From Candidatus Poribacteria bacterium (lineage in GTDB: Bacteria > Poribacteria > WGA-4E > WGA-3G): DNA of 64,000 bases. Under the pieces are notes generated by a model, which was not told the origin of the DNA, did no database searches, and saw only the letters and a list, made by a program, of their open reading frames with translations. A program made the translations under genes and the position numbers. Shown here in pieces: positions 31,133 through 41,054 of this stretch (positions within the stretch are counted from its first letter, which is position 1; each line of letters opens with the position of its first letter). The stretch is taken from assembly GCA_965215265.1 (NCBI GenBank), contig OZ244048.1:3936001-4000000 (forward strand). The letters are read 5' to 3'.

Positions 31133-32908
31133 CTACTCGCATGCGCCACATTTCTTGCAAACCGCCGTATCACATTCACTCGTCATAAACCCTTTTTCGT
31201 GTTTATTGAATTCGAGTTGTAGAAATTGGGGTTTAACGTTGAGGTCTAGATGATCCCAGGCGTTGGTTTCATGAAGTGGACGTTGGCGTAACGCGTAAAA
31301 ATCGGGCGCAATTCCGTGTGTCCGGAACGCATGATTCCAGGATGCACCATGCGCGAGTTCTAATATAACTTTCCCGAGTCGCCGGTCTCCTCGTGCGAAA
31401 ACGGCTTCTTGATATGCGAGCCTAGCACTTGCAGAGCCGACCTTAATACTTCCCAGCTTGTTAATTTCTCTTTTGAGAAAATTGAGTTTTCGCGCAATGG
31501 TTTTGGGCGGTTCCATCGCAACCCATTGGAAAGGTGTCTGTGGCTTAGGCACCATAGGCGAAATTGTGAAGTTGATTCGTCCCATCCTTCCGGTTCGCTT
31601 GGCATAGGGGAGTAAAATTCTGCGCATCTCCTTTGCCATATCTGCGATCGCTGTTACATCAGCGTGTGTTTCATAAGGGACACCAATCAGGAAGTACAAG
31701 CGTAAATTGAGAATGTCGCGTTTCAATGCTTCTTCAAAGATATAATAAAGACGTTCCCGCGGAATAGCTTTGTTAACGACTTTTTGTAAGTTCTCGGTTG
31801 CGACTTCCGGCGCGATGGTAATCGTGCCTTGTTCGCTGTCAGCGAGGGCATTCAATAGAGGTGCGCGCACTGTCTCTGCACGAAGTGAGGCACAGGAAAT
31901 GCGGAACCCGCGTTCAACCAGTCGTGTGGCAATTGCATCAATTTGCGGATGGTCGGAAATAGAAGCACCGACTAATCCAATCCTATCGGTTATGCCTTGT
32001 GCCCTTTCAGCGAGTGCGAGTGTGCTTTCCAAAGATCTATGCCGTGGCCATCGGCGCGCATAATCCGCAACACAGAATCGACATTGCCTGCCGCAGCCCC
32101 TTACAATTTCAATTAGATGTGCATTTGAAAATTCAGTATTGGGAGTATGAATCTGTGTGCATGTCTCAACATCGTCCAAATTCGGAACTGCCGCTGCATG
32201 AATCCGTGCAGGCGCAGTTTTGATGTGGGGCCCCGGTTGTACCTGCTGGATAGTGCCATCTTTATGGTAACTAACCTGATAAAACTGAGGTACATAGAGC
32301 CCAGGAACGCCTGCGAGTGTTTTGAGCAATTCCGTTTTGGATGCACCGGTTTGCTTCCACTCTTGAAAATGTGCTATCAGTTGGTGGATAATGAGTTCAG
32401 CTTCCCCAACAACAAACACATCTATGAAATCAGCGAGCGGTTCCGGATTGTATGAAATGTTAATCCCACCCGCGATAACAAGCGGATCCCAGTCTGAGCG
32501 TTCTTGGGTTAAGGGTGGAATGTTCGCCAATTGCAGTGTACGCGGTATGTTGACATAATCAGATTCAAAAGACACAGAGAACCCAATGATGTCAAAACGG
32601 TTGAGAGCGGTTTGAGTTTCGAAAGAGAAGAGCGGCGTTTTCTGTGAAACCAGAGTACGGAGGTATGACGGTTCAGGAACGAAAACGCGTTCGCAAGCCG
32701 TATCAGCCCGGCTGTTCAGGGTTGCATAGATAACTTGAAAGCCGAGGCTTGACATCCCGAGTTGGTAAGTGCTCGGATAGACAAGGGCGAATCTCGTTCC
32801 GGCGTTATTGAACCGGCGGTGGTTTCCGTCCTCGTTATTAAGAAGATATCGGTAGTGTTCGCGTAAATTCAATATTTTGCCTACATCATAATAGCGAAAT
32901 AAAACCAC
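31133..32908 (-). CDS. B12-binding-domain radical SAM protein
   Basis: YPSTYQLGMSSLGF, CERVF, EIVRGCGRQCRFC (CxxxCxxC), TIAPE, LYFLIG.P.E, PKP.TPFQW, C-terminal Cys cluster; start uncertain. Confidence 0.88.
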   Translation of the reverse strand: MVLFRYYDVGKILNLREHYRYLLNNEDGNHRRFNNAGTRFALVYPSTYQLGMSSLGFQVIYATLNSRADTACERVFVPEPSYLRTLVSQKTPLFSFETQTALNRFDIIGFSVSFESDYVNIPRTLQLANIPPLTQERSDWDPLVIAGGINISYNPEPLADFIDVFVVGEAELIIHQLIAHFQEWKQTGASKTELLKTLAGVPGLYVPQFYQVSYHKDGTIQQVQPGPHIKTAPARIHAAAVPNLDDVETCTQIHTPNTEFSNAHLIEIVRGCGRQCRFCVADYARRWPRHRSLESTLALAERAQGITDRIGLVGASISDHPQIDAIATRLVERGFRISCASLRAETVRAPLLNALADSEQGTITIAPEVATENLQKVVNKAIPRERLYYIFEEALKRDILNLRLYFLIGVPYETHADVTAIADMAKEMRRILLPYAKRTGRMGRINFTISPMVPKPQTPFQWVAMEPPKTIARKLNFLKREINKLGSIKVGSASARLAYQEAVFARGDRRLGKVILELAHGASWNHAFRTHGIAPDFYALRQRPLHETNAWDHLDLNVKPQFLQLEFNKHEKGFMTSECDTAVCKKCGACE

Positions 32909-32937
32909 CTTTGGGTTTTATTCCTCAGTGTGAAACA

Positions 32938-34221
32938 TTATTTTTGAGGCGTTCCCTTTTTCTGTACGCGGAGAAATGCCGGCATATCCCAATCTTTACT
33001 GCCACGGTTGCTGCGTGGTTCTTCATCGGTTTCCTGCGAATTTTGACGTGGGGTTCGCCGCCTGTGGGGCCCGGGCTTGGATGTTCCGCCGTTGTCCGTT
33101 GGTCGGGTTCTCTGCTTTCGACGTCCAGAGATAGGCGATGTCGGCAAAACCTGCTGCGAACCTCTGGAATCTATGGCCGCTACGTGCGGACGGGCCGGTC
33201 TTTGCTCGGTGTACCCTGGAGCGGGTACTCTGTCATGATCTGCTGCGGCTCCGTTTTGAGCATCAAAACCGGTTGCAATCACGGTGACGAGGACTTCTTC
33301 TCCGACTTCCACTTCATCTTTGTAAACGAGTCCGAAGATAATTTGTGCATCAACGGAGGCTTCTTGGATAACCTGCATCGCTTCATCTAGCTCGTGCATC
33401 ATGAAATCCGGTGGTGATGTGATATTTACAATCATCCCGCGTGCACTGGCTATATTGGTTTCTTCGAGAAGTGGTGAAGAAATGGCCTGCTTAGCAGCAC
33501 TATGTGCGCGGTTATCCCCGGTTGCTCGTCCCATTCCCATCAATGCACTGCCGGCATCACGCATAATGGATTCGACATCGGCAAAGTCGACGTTAATTTC
33601 GCCTGAATCTGTTATAATGTCCGAGATGCTTTGCACGCCTTGTAGCAAGATCTGGTCCCCGATGCGGAACGCCTCACGTACAGGGAGTTTTCTATCCATG
33701 ACATCCATGAGGCGTTGATTGGGTACAACAATAACAGAGTCTGCGGCCTCTCGAAGTTCTTGAAGTCCTTGCTCAGCTTGTCGTGCACGTTTTTGGCCCT
33801 CAAAGTTGAAAGGACGTGTGACAACACCGATGGTTAAAACCTCGCGTTCTCTTGCAAGAGAAGCGATGAGGGGTGCTGCACCGGTACCAGTACCGCCGCC
33901 CATCCCTGCAGTGATGAAAACCATGTTTGCATCCTCAACGATTGTTTGAAGATGTTCTCTGTCTTCTTCGGCTGCTTTTCGACCGATCTCCGGATTCTCG
34001 CCAGAGCCAAGTCCTTTTGTGGTATTAATGCCGATCTGAAGATGCGTGGCACCATGACAAGTGGTTAGTGCTTGCTGGTCTGTGTTAACAGCGTAAAATT
34101 CAATGCCGGCCAGTCCTGCCTCAATCATGCGTTTGACTGCATTTCCACCTGCGCCGCCGACACCGATGACTTTAATCTTCGCACGCAAATTTTCAAATTC
34201 TTCCTGTTCAAATTCTATCAT
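32938..34221 (-). CDS. ftsZ: Cell division protein FtsZ
   Basis: IKVIGVGGAGGNAV, tubulin signature GMGGGTGTG, INVDFADV, C-terminal peptide DWDMPAFLR. Confidence 0.98.
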   Translation of the reverse strand: MIEFEQEEFENLRAKIKVIGVGGAGGNAVKRMIEAGLAGIEFYAVNTDQQALTTCHGATHLQIGINTTKGLGSGENPEIGRKAAEEDREHLQTIVEDANMVFITAGMGGGTGTGAAPLIASLAREREVLTIGVVTRPFNFEGQKRARQAEQGLQELREAADSVIVVPNQRLMDVMDRKLPVREAFRIGDQILLQGVQSISDIITDSGEINVDFADVESIMRDAGSALMGMGRATGDNRAHSAAKQAISSPLLEETNIASARGMIVNITSPPDFMMHELDEAMQVIQEASVDAQIIFGLVYKDEVEVGEEVLVTVIATGFDAQNGAAADHDRVPAPGYTEQRPARPHVAAIDSRGSQQVLPTSPISGRRKQRTRPTDNGGTSKPGPHRRRTPRQNSQETDEEPRSNRGSKDWDMPAFLRVQKKGTPQK

Positions 34222-34579
34222 CGCAATTTCTGGTTCCTATAGCCTCCAGGGTTGATACATCAAAGGCAACGGAAACTGCTCCTTGCTTTAGCCCCTTTAG
34301 GGCAGATATTAAATGGCCGACATGACATTGCTTGCCAAAAGAAAACTTCCGGTTCCCGCTGGACAAGCAGCATTCGTCTCCGACTCTCAGGTTTGAAACT
34401 GGTTAGAGCCCTAAGATAGCCTGAGGTTTTTGTCAAATGAGATAGAGGACAAAATCTGTCCCTATGTCGTTCGAGAGGGGTTCAGTCTACTTTCCTAGCA
34501 ACACCGATATCGACGATGTATCACAACATTATGCCGGAGTTACCCGCGATAACTGAATCGCCTCAATGACTTTGTATTA

Positions 34580-34609
34580 AGTATACCTTAAAGTGACAAA
34601 CTCTGTCAA
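34580..34609 (-). promoter_or_regulatory. Putative sigma70 promoter for ftsZ
   Basis: TTGACA-18-TATACT on the minus strand, ~360 bp upstream of the ftsZ ATG. Confidence 0.55.
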
Positions 34610-35069
34610 CTTTTTATTTTCATCTCAATTAAGTTGAAAAACTCAACGCGATCGGGTATTATATTAAAATTGTAACTGACGCGTTTGGGACATGCACATC
34701 GCAAGAGCACGCGGACAGGTTGTACGGAAGAGTCCTTGAAGATGCAAGATTTGCTGTGATAAAAGCTAATGAGTCTTGTCATGACTTCAGGGTTATGTAG
34801 GCTTCGAGAACGTCCGCGTTTTTTCTCTCTAATGGATGCCGGAAATTGTGCACGCATCTCTTTTTTCATACGCAAAAAAAGGTGGCCATCTCGCAGAAAA
34901 GCGGGATAATGCTCAGAGACAACCCCTTTAGGTTCAGTTCAAGGTTTCTGATTCGATGCTATCATAGGAATTCTCTTTATGCCAAACACGCCTATCTTTT
35001 ATCTATCGAACTCACGTTAGTATAATATAACGTTAAATAACGTTAAACAACTACAAAAAAAACATAAAA

Positions 35070-36446
35070 ATGAAAATTGCAATTATCGGTACTGGGTACG
35101 TTGGGCTGACCACGGCACTAGTGCTTGCGTATATGAACCATGAAGTCACGGCTGTGGACAAAGATAGTGACAAACTGAGCCTTTTACGTGCAAGGAAGAG
35201 TCCTATCCATGAACCGGGTATCCAGACGCTTCTTGACGAGGTGGGCTGCACTGTTCGTTTCATTTCTTCTTCTCCGGTGGGCACGTCTTACCGGCAAGCC
35301 ATCGCTGAATCGGAGCTCATTCTCATAGCGGTGGGAACGCCCCCGAAAAAAAACGGCGAGGCGGATACCCAGCATGTGGAATCCGCTGCAAGGGCAATCG
35401 CGCAAGTATGTAAACCACACCAGCACTATACCCTCGTTATCAAGTCGACTGTGCCGATCGGGACGAATCGGCGCGTGGCTGAGGTCGTCGCAACAGTGTT
35501 GTCTGAACGCGGCATCCAATGCAACGTTTCCGTTGCTTCCAACCCAGAATTTTTACAAGAAGGATTGGCGTTGCAGGGTGCGTTCTATCCGGATCGGATT
35601 GTGGTCGGCGCGAATTTTGATGATGCAGTAGATGTCTTACGTCGGCTTTATCAACCGATATTGGAGCAAACGTTTGAGCCACCGAGTTGGTTACCACGTC
35701 CGGAGGCGTACCATCTACCACCGATGATGACAACAGATCCGAATAGCGCGGAAATGATCAAGTATGCCGCCAACACGTTCCTTGCGCTTAAGATTAGTTT
35801 TATCAATGAAATTGCAGGGTTGTGCGAGAGAGTAGATGCAGACGTAACAGAGGTTGCACGCGGCATTGGACTGGATACACGCATTGGGCATCGGTTCCTG
35901 CGTGCGGGGCTCGGATGGGGTGGGAGTTGCTATCCGAAAGACACTGCTGCCTTGTTAGGTGTTGCAGCGCAAACCGGATACGACATGCCGATTACGACTG
36001 CCGCGCGTACAGTCAATTTCCGACAACGTCAACTCATCCTTGAAAAACTGAAAACTGTCCTTAAAACGGTGAACGGAAAAACGATAGGTATTCTAGGCCT
36101 CGCCTTTAAGCCGAATACAGATGACGTGCGCGAGGCACCAGCGCTTGATATTATCTGTGAACTTGTTGCAGCAGGGGCGACGGTCCGTGCACACGATGTT
36201 ATCGCGATTCCGAATGCAAGACGCACGCTGCCCACTATCCCAATCCATTTCAGTGAAGATGTGTACGAACTCGCTTACAACGCAGACGCGCTAGTCCTTG
36301 TCACTGAGTGGGACATGTACCACAGGCTGGAGCTGCGTAAAGTTGCTAAGCAGATGAAGACACCGATACTGATTGATGGTAGAAACATGTACTCTGCTCA
36401 AGAAGCACGAGCAGCAGGTTTTCATTACATTGGTATCGGTAGATAA
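35070..36446 (+). CDS. ugd: UDP-glucose/GDP-mannose dehydrogenase
   Basis: IGTGYVGL, AVGTP, KSTVP.GT, SNPEFL, AEMIKYAAN, GWGGSCYPKD, LAFKPNTDD.RE, DGRN. Confidence 0.93.
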   Translation: MKIAIIGTGYVGLTTALVLAYMNHEVTAVDKDSDKLSLLRARKSPIHEPGIQTLLDEVGCTVRFISSSPVGTSYRQAIAESELILIAVGTPPKKNGEADTQHVESAARAIAQVCKPHQHYTLVIKSTVPIGTNRRVAEVVATVLSERGIQCNVSVASNPEFLQEGLALQGAFYPDRIVVGANFDDAVDVLRRLYQPILEQTFEPPSWLPRPEAYHLPPMMTTDPNSAEMIKYAANTFLALKISFINEIAGLCERVDADVTEVARGIGLDTRIGHRFLRAGLGWGGSCYPKDTAALLGVAAQTGYDMPITTAARTVNFRQRQLILEKLKTVLKTVNGKTIGILGLAFKPNTDDVREAPALDIICELVAAGATVRAHDVIAIPNARRTLPTIPIHFSEDVYELAYNADALVLVTEWDMYHRLELRKVAKQMKTPILIDGRNMYSAQEARAAGFHYIGIGR

Positions 36447-36471
36447 AACCATTCCAATGCGGTAAAAGGCG

Positions 36472-37056
36472 ATGAAACATACATCGGCGATTAATCAACC
36501 TATACCTTTTGCACCAACGTGGCAACGATACTGTCCGCAGTGTGCCTTTCCGGCTTACCGTCATCTACCGGGCATCACCCCGCATCCGCTGCGCGATCCG
36601 CGTGGCCACAGTTACGGACTTGAAGAAGAACATGCGGACACCCTATTAATCCCAGCGTTATGGCGCGAAAACGAGGCGTACCTTTATGGTGTAGATCTTT
36701 ACAACTTTGCATATTGGTGGGAAGCACATGAGGCATGGGAAGGCTTATGGCATCAGGCAGAGGATACCTACCGCCTCTTTCTGCAAGGGCTAATTCAGGT
36801 TTCTGCTTCCCTGATTAAGTATCACATGCGGATGTTGCGTCCATTGCGTTCGCTTTCGACTGCCGGGCGCGATAAATTGCGGCAGGTTCTGGTAGAATCT
36901 AAACAGACAAACCATAACTCTTATATGGGATTAAACCTGCCTGATTTTCTGGATACTGCTGATGCTTTTTTCGCCCCCTTCTTCGTGGAGCCTGTTACAG
37001 AAATAACCTATCGACACGCCGCGGTGAAGCCCCCGCTAATTCAACTTGAATTTTAG
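36472..37056 (+). CDS. DUF309 family protein
   Basis: GVDLYN..YWWEAHEAWEGLW, FLQGLIQ. Confidence 0.85.
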   Translation: MKHTSAINQPIPFAPTWQRYCPQCAFPAYRHLPGITPHPLRDPRGHSYGLEEEHADTLLIPALWRENEAYLYGVDLYNFAYWWEAHEAWEGLWHQAEDTYRLFLQGLIQVSASLIKYHMRMLRPLRSLSTAGRDKLRQVLVESKQTNHNSYMGLNLPDFLDTADAFFAPFFVEPVTEITYRHAAVKPPLIQLEF

Positions 37057-37061
37057 GCACC

Positions 37062-37343
37062 ATGGCAACGCCGTTCCCTTTTCTAATTTTTATTTTGGTC
37101 TGTGCGTTCATTGTGGGGCTGTTGTTTGTCCTTTTCAAGATGAGCGCGTACTTCGGTAGAAGCGATGCAGATAAATTTCGTGCTGTGCGCTGTTCGGTGT
37201 GTCAAACGCGACGAAAAGCAGAAAAGACGGGTACTGTCAGGAATCTCGTTGAGTTTGAGTTGAAGTGTCCGGTCTGTGGGCATATATCATGGGATGTACC
37301 GCCGAAAACGAACCTCTCGACGCGCCCAAAAGATCGAGATTAG
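37062..37343 (+). CDS. Small membrane protein with zinc-ribbon-like motif
   Basis: N-terminal hydrophobic helix; CSVC...CPVC; follows the DUF309 gene by 5 bp. Confidence 0.65.
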   Translation: MATPFPFLIFILVCAFIVGLLFVLFKMSAYFGRSDADKFRAVRCSVCQTRRKAEKTGTVRNLVEFELKCPVCGHISWDVPPKTNLSTRPKDRD

Positions 37344-38401
37344 GCTTCGCCGTCCCAGTAGCTTAGGTTCTCATCTTTACGATAGATTTTTCCGACGACG
37401 TACGGCAGTACCTTGTTTGAATCAGGATATTCACTCACATCGTACGGGATGATGGTCCCGAGGATGAATAAGGTGGCAGGTCCATCGTTTTGATTTATGA
37501 ATTTATGCGCGCCGGTCGCTCCTGGTGGGAAGGCGATAAAATCGCCCTGTTGCACCTGAATATCCCCTCGTGGGGTTTTGAGAGTGCATCTGCCTTCCAT
37601 GACGTAACACATCTCTTCCCCGAAGTTGTGAAAATGCATCGGGAAACTCATCTTGCCGGGTTGGAGTCGAATGACGCGATAGCCCAAGTTTTTGCCGCCG
37701 ATGAGAGGATCGATGTCTTTGTCCTCAAAATCGTAAGGTGGCGGTGCGTGTTTTTTCGCCCACGCAATGTCATCTATATGAATGTGATTGATATAGATAT
37801 CGCGCCGTGTCTGTAGGCAATCAATGAGGGATTGCCGTGCGTCTTTAAAGAGCGAGTGTCCGTCTCCAACGAGGATTGCGTTGAACCGCATGGCAAGTAT
37901 TTTTCGGAGTTCAAGTGCTGCTTTGGCGGCATCTTCGAGTTTTGCGTCTGGTAAGAGCGTCAATGCACCGATCGGTTCACCAACAACCAGATCACCGAAA
38001 AGAACGGCGTGCTTACCCGGAAAGTAGAGTGCAATTTCACCGGGACTCTTCCCGTAACGTAAATGTACCGCGTGCAGCCCTGGGACAATCGCTTCACCGT
38101 CGCGAATCGTGCGTGTTGGTGTGACTGTAAGCGCGTCTGCATCCGCTTCATGCACAATCACACCTGCACCTGTCAAATCCTGAAAGGCAGCTGCTTGGCG
38201 TTCATGATCACGATTTGTGAGGACAATCCACTCGGTATTGCCGAGTTTCGCTAATTGTGCCCGGTCAGCATCCATCATAGTGACGGGGTCAATAATAATA
38301 TTTCCTTCCGGGCGCACCCATAGATGCCCGTTAAAGTCGATCTGCCGCTCCTTACTAAAAACAGACCAGGTATAGATATCATCAAAAATCAGGCGTTTCA
38401 C
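37340..38401 (-). CDS. Metallo-beta-lactamase-like fold plus cupin domain protein
   Basis: GTG 38401 with GAGG RBS; LTNRDHER, GKSPGE, LFGD, LVGDG; cupin HFH..GEE.CYV.EG...GD.IAFP....AH. Confidence 0.8.
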   Translation of the reverse strand: MKRLIFDDIYTWSVFSKERQIDFNGHLWVRPEGNIIIDPVTMMDADRAQLAKLGNTEWIVLTNRDHERQAAAFQDLTGAGVIVHEADADALTVTPTRTIRDGEAIVPGLHAVHLRYGKSPGEIALYFPGKHAVLFGDLVVGEPIGALTLLPDAKLEDAAKAALELRKILAMRFNAILVGDGHSLFKDARQSLIDCLQTRRDIYINHIHIDDIAWAKKHAPPPYDFEDKDIDPLIGGKNLGYRVIRLQPGKMSFPMHFHNFGEEMCYVMEGRCTLKTPRGDIQVQQGDFIAFPPGATGAHKFINQNDGPATLFILGTIIPYDVSEYPDSNKVLPYVVGKIYRKDENLSYWDGEA

Positions 38402-38984
38402 GGTTATTTTCCTCGTAGACAGGTTCCGGTGTTGTATGATTCTGGGGGGTATCGTTAGCAGTTTCACCTGCTGAGACAAACCCGTAAACCTCAATTTCTT
38501 GCGCGAAGGCTCTGCCGAGTTGTATCTGGGGTACCACTGCGCCGTAGCGCGGCGAATACTCGCCCGCTTTGCGTTTATCATCAGTAGTTCCGCTCACATA
38601 GATGCGGAGTGCTTCCGTTACAAGACTGGCCCGCATCTCGATTGCAGGTCCACTGTTATTTTTAATTTGCAGAATTGAACGCCACCGTTCATCGCCTTCG
38701 AGTTTCTCATAAACCATTGCATCCGTGATGTTAGTGCCGCGGATGACGATACGATGAATCGCTTTTCGTGTGGGGAAGTTAAGATGAATCCAGCGTCCTT
38801 GGGCGTACCCAACGGTTTTCAAATCGCCATCTATCATTTCTGGAGCCGTGCACGTGACACCTTCCGTCACAGCGTAGTTTTTCCATTCTTGAGGCTCGAT
38901 CAGCATACGCAGGGCTTTGGATTGGCACCCTGAGAACAGGAGAATTGGGCAAATCGCCAATAAGATAAAAAGATAACGTTGCAT
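38382..38984 (-). CDS. Putative lipoprotein (discoidin-like beta-sandwich?)
   Basis: Lipobox LFSGC; MIDGD, IHRIVIRG and C-terminal QEIEVYG patterns. Confidence 0.65.
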   Translation of the reverse strand: MQRYLFILLAICPILLFSGCQSKALRMLIEPQEWKNYAVTEGVTCTAPEMIDGDLKTVGYAQGRWIHLNFPTRKAIHRIVIRGTNITDAMVYEKLEGDERWRSILQIKNNSGPAIEMRASLVTEALRIYVSGTTDDKRKAGEYSPRYGAVVPQIQLGRAFAQEIEVYGFVSAGETANDTPQNHTTPEPVYEENNRETPDF

Positions 38985-39006
38985 CGCTTTAACTCCATAA
39001 GTTAGG

Positions 39007-39870
39007 TTATGTTTCGTAGCGCTCAGAGTACTCCTTTACTAAATCCCCTTTCCGGAAACCGGGTACAGCTGTTCCACATTCTCTGGCTAAGCGTTCATAA
39101 TCAATGCACATAAGCCGGCCTAATATACCAGGGCTTGTTGCCTTGAAAAGCATCCACTGTTTATTCCGTTCACACCGTTTTTCGTCTGTCTCTTTTCGGG
39201 AATAATCTTGCCAACCTTGACATGGTACCGCGAAGTCAAAAGAATTTTGAAACACTTTGAGAGCGGCGGTTGTGTTGTTATATTGCCATATCCGAAAATC
39301 TTTATGATTTATCGGTAAAGGTTGATATCGCCGCATATCTTGGAGCGCGTCTTGGAAAGGTAGACGGGTCCAGATCTGAAATTCAGTATTCACTGAAAAC
39401 GGCCTGCCGCAGCTAAGTTGAAACGCTTCTCTGGGCAGGGCCAATTTACTAATAAAGCGCATGCTTGCGTCAAGTTGTTTATGCACGCGCCATTTTCGAA
39501 AATTGACAGGGACAATAAAAGCGACAATATCTACCAAAGAGGCCGCATGGTTAAAGAACGCAATCGCCAATTTTCCACGCTTGCCAAAGGGCGGATTCCC
39601 GACAATAGCCGTGTCTCTCGGGACTGATAGGACATGGGTTACGTTAAAAAAATCTTGTTTTATGATGTTATGAGATTTGGGCGCAATATCTATGCCTAAG
39701 CTACGATGCGGGGGCATCTGCGCGTAAAATGCACCGGTGCCAGCAGCCGGTTCTACAAAGTAGAGTTCCTCAATCGCCCTGTTTAAGGGTAAAAGAATGT
39801 CGGTGAAATGCTGCCAACATGCCGCTGCGATGTCTGTTTTGGTATAAAACGGATCTAATGAATTTCGCAC
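39007..39870 (-). CDS. Orphan SAM-dependent (probably N6-adenine DNA) methyltransferase
   Basis: FYT, motif I EPAAGTGAF, DIAP, DFF, motif IV GNPPFG, IAFFNHAA; probable GTG start 39870. Confidence 0.8.
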   Translation of the reverse strand: MRNSLDPFYTKTDIAAACWQHFTDILLPLNRAIEELYFVEPAAGTGAFYAQMPPHRSLGIDIAPKSHNIIKQDFFNVTHVLSVPRDTAIVGNPPFGKRGKLAIAFFNHAASLVDIVAFIVPVNFRKWRVHKQLDASMRFISKLALPREAFQLSCGRPFSVNTEFQIWTRLPFQDALQDMRRYQPLPINHKDFRIWQYNNTTAALKVFQNSFDFAVPCQGWQDYSRKETDEKRCERNKQWMLFKATSPGILGRLMCIDYERLARECGTAVPGFRKGDLVKEYSERYET

Positions 39871-40124
39871 TTTTCTATTTTTTTTGCCAAATCTCCGTGA
39901 AGATAAACTATTTAGGTAAATGATTGTTGAATATATTAAAGTATAGCAAAATGCTGCAGTGATGTCAACAGCTTTTTTAGGGATATAGGGCAATTTAGTT
40001 TTCCATTTTTGGTTTACGTCTGTAAGCATTTTTGACATTCCTAACAGATATGGCTTGATTTTTCACGCCATATCTGTTACACTTTCATCTAAAAACTTCC
40101 AACAGGCTTTGAGGTAAAACGATA

Positions 40125-40796
40125 ATGAAGAAAATCCGTCGCCACTTATTGGATATGTCCACACAAGTGCCAGTAACTTTTATCCTGCTCATTCCTCTCG
40201 TTTTCACAGCTTGCACCAGCCCGAAATACCAGAAAATGCAAAATGAACGCGAGAGACGGCGTGCAGCGGTCGAAAATGAACGTAGGAAACATGATCCACG
40301 AAAAATGGAACTGGCTCTAACCGATAAGCTGCTCGGCACATGGCAATTTCTTGAGATGGAAGTTGATGAAGGCGATGTGAGTGAAGAGATACCGGCATTG
40401 ACGTATCAGCTGCACGCCACTGCCCGCAAAAATCTAACCCTTGAATTTTTTATCGACCGGAACGTCTTCCGCCGGTATCAAGGTAAAAATGGAGACATGA
40501 AGGTGACCGGAAGTTTCAAAATCAGCACACAACGTTATGGCGATATCCACTTTCCGTTCTTACGAGTTTTTCGGGATACAGGCATACCGTTCCCGGAATT
40601 CATCTCTGGCATGTCCTCCAGCAGGCTTAGAACCGGAAAAACCGTTTCGATAAAAAAGACCTGGGGGGACAATTGGCTAGGCATTTCAGTCACGCAGAAC
40701 AAGTTGCACCTGATGCTGTCTGGCATCATGGAACTGACTCCAAACGGGTGGGCAGAACGCGGGGGCATCCGCTGTACTTTCAAGCGGATTGAATAA
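40125..40796 (+). CDS. Lipoprotein, uncharacterised lipocalin-like family (paralog 1, one domain)
   Basis: Lipobox FTAC; LTDKLLGTWQF...KNLTLEFF...ELTPNGW...GGIRCTFKRIE shared with 45733 and 47230. Confidence 0.8.
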   Translation: MKKIRRHLLDMSTQVPVTFILLIPLVFTACTSPKYQKMQNERERRRAAVENERRKHDPRKMELALTDKLLGTWQFLEMEVDEGDVSEEIPALTYQLHATARKNLTLEFFIDRNVFRRYQGKNGDMKVTGSFKISTQRYGDIHFPFLRVFRDTGIPFPEFISGMSSSRLRTGKTVSIKKTWGDNWLGISVTQNKLHLMLSGIMELTPNGWAERGGIRCTFKRIE

Positions 40797-40975
40797 GACC
40801 AAACCCGTCATTAAGGGGAAGTCCTTCTAATGCCTCGTTAAATCCTGGGCTGACTATAACGCCATCATGAAGACGATGTGCGATTTCACGGACATCCATT
40901 AACAGATATTAACATTTTTCAACAAAAATTGGGAAAACGAAATAGCCGTCCGGACGGAGGATATCAAAAAAAAGG

Positions 40976-41004
40976 TTGCTTTAAAGCGAATTTTGATATA
41001 TTAT
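40976..41004 (+). promoter_or_regulatory. Putative sigma70 promoter
   Basis: TTGCTT-17-TATTAT with extended -10-like TG, ~50 bp before the ATG at 41055. Confidence 0.45.
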
Positions 41005-41054
41005 AGAGCAAATCATTTAGCATGCTAGTTAACAAATTAACAACGGAGAAACGA

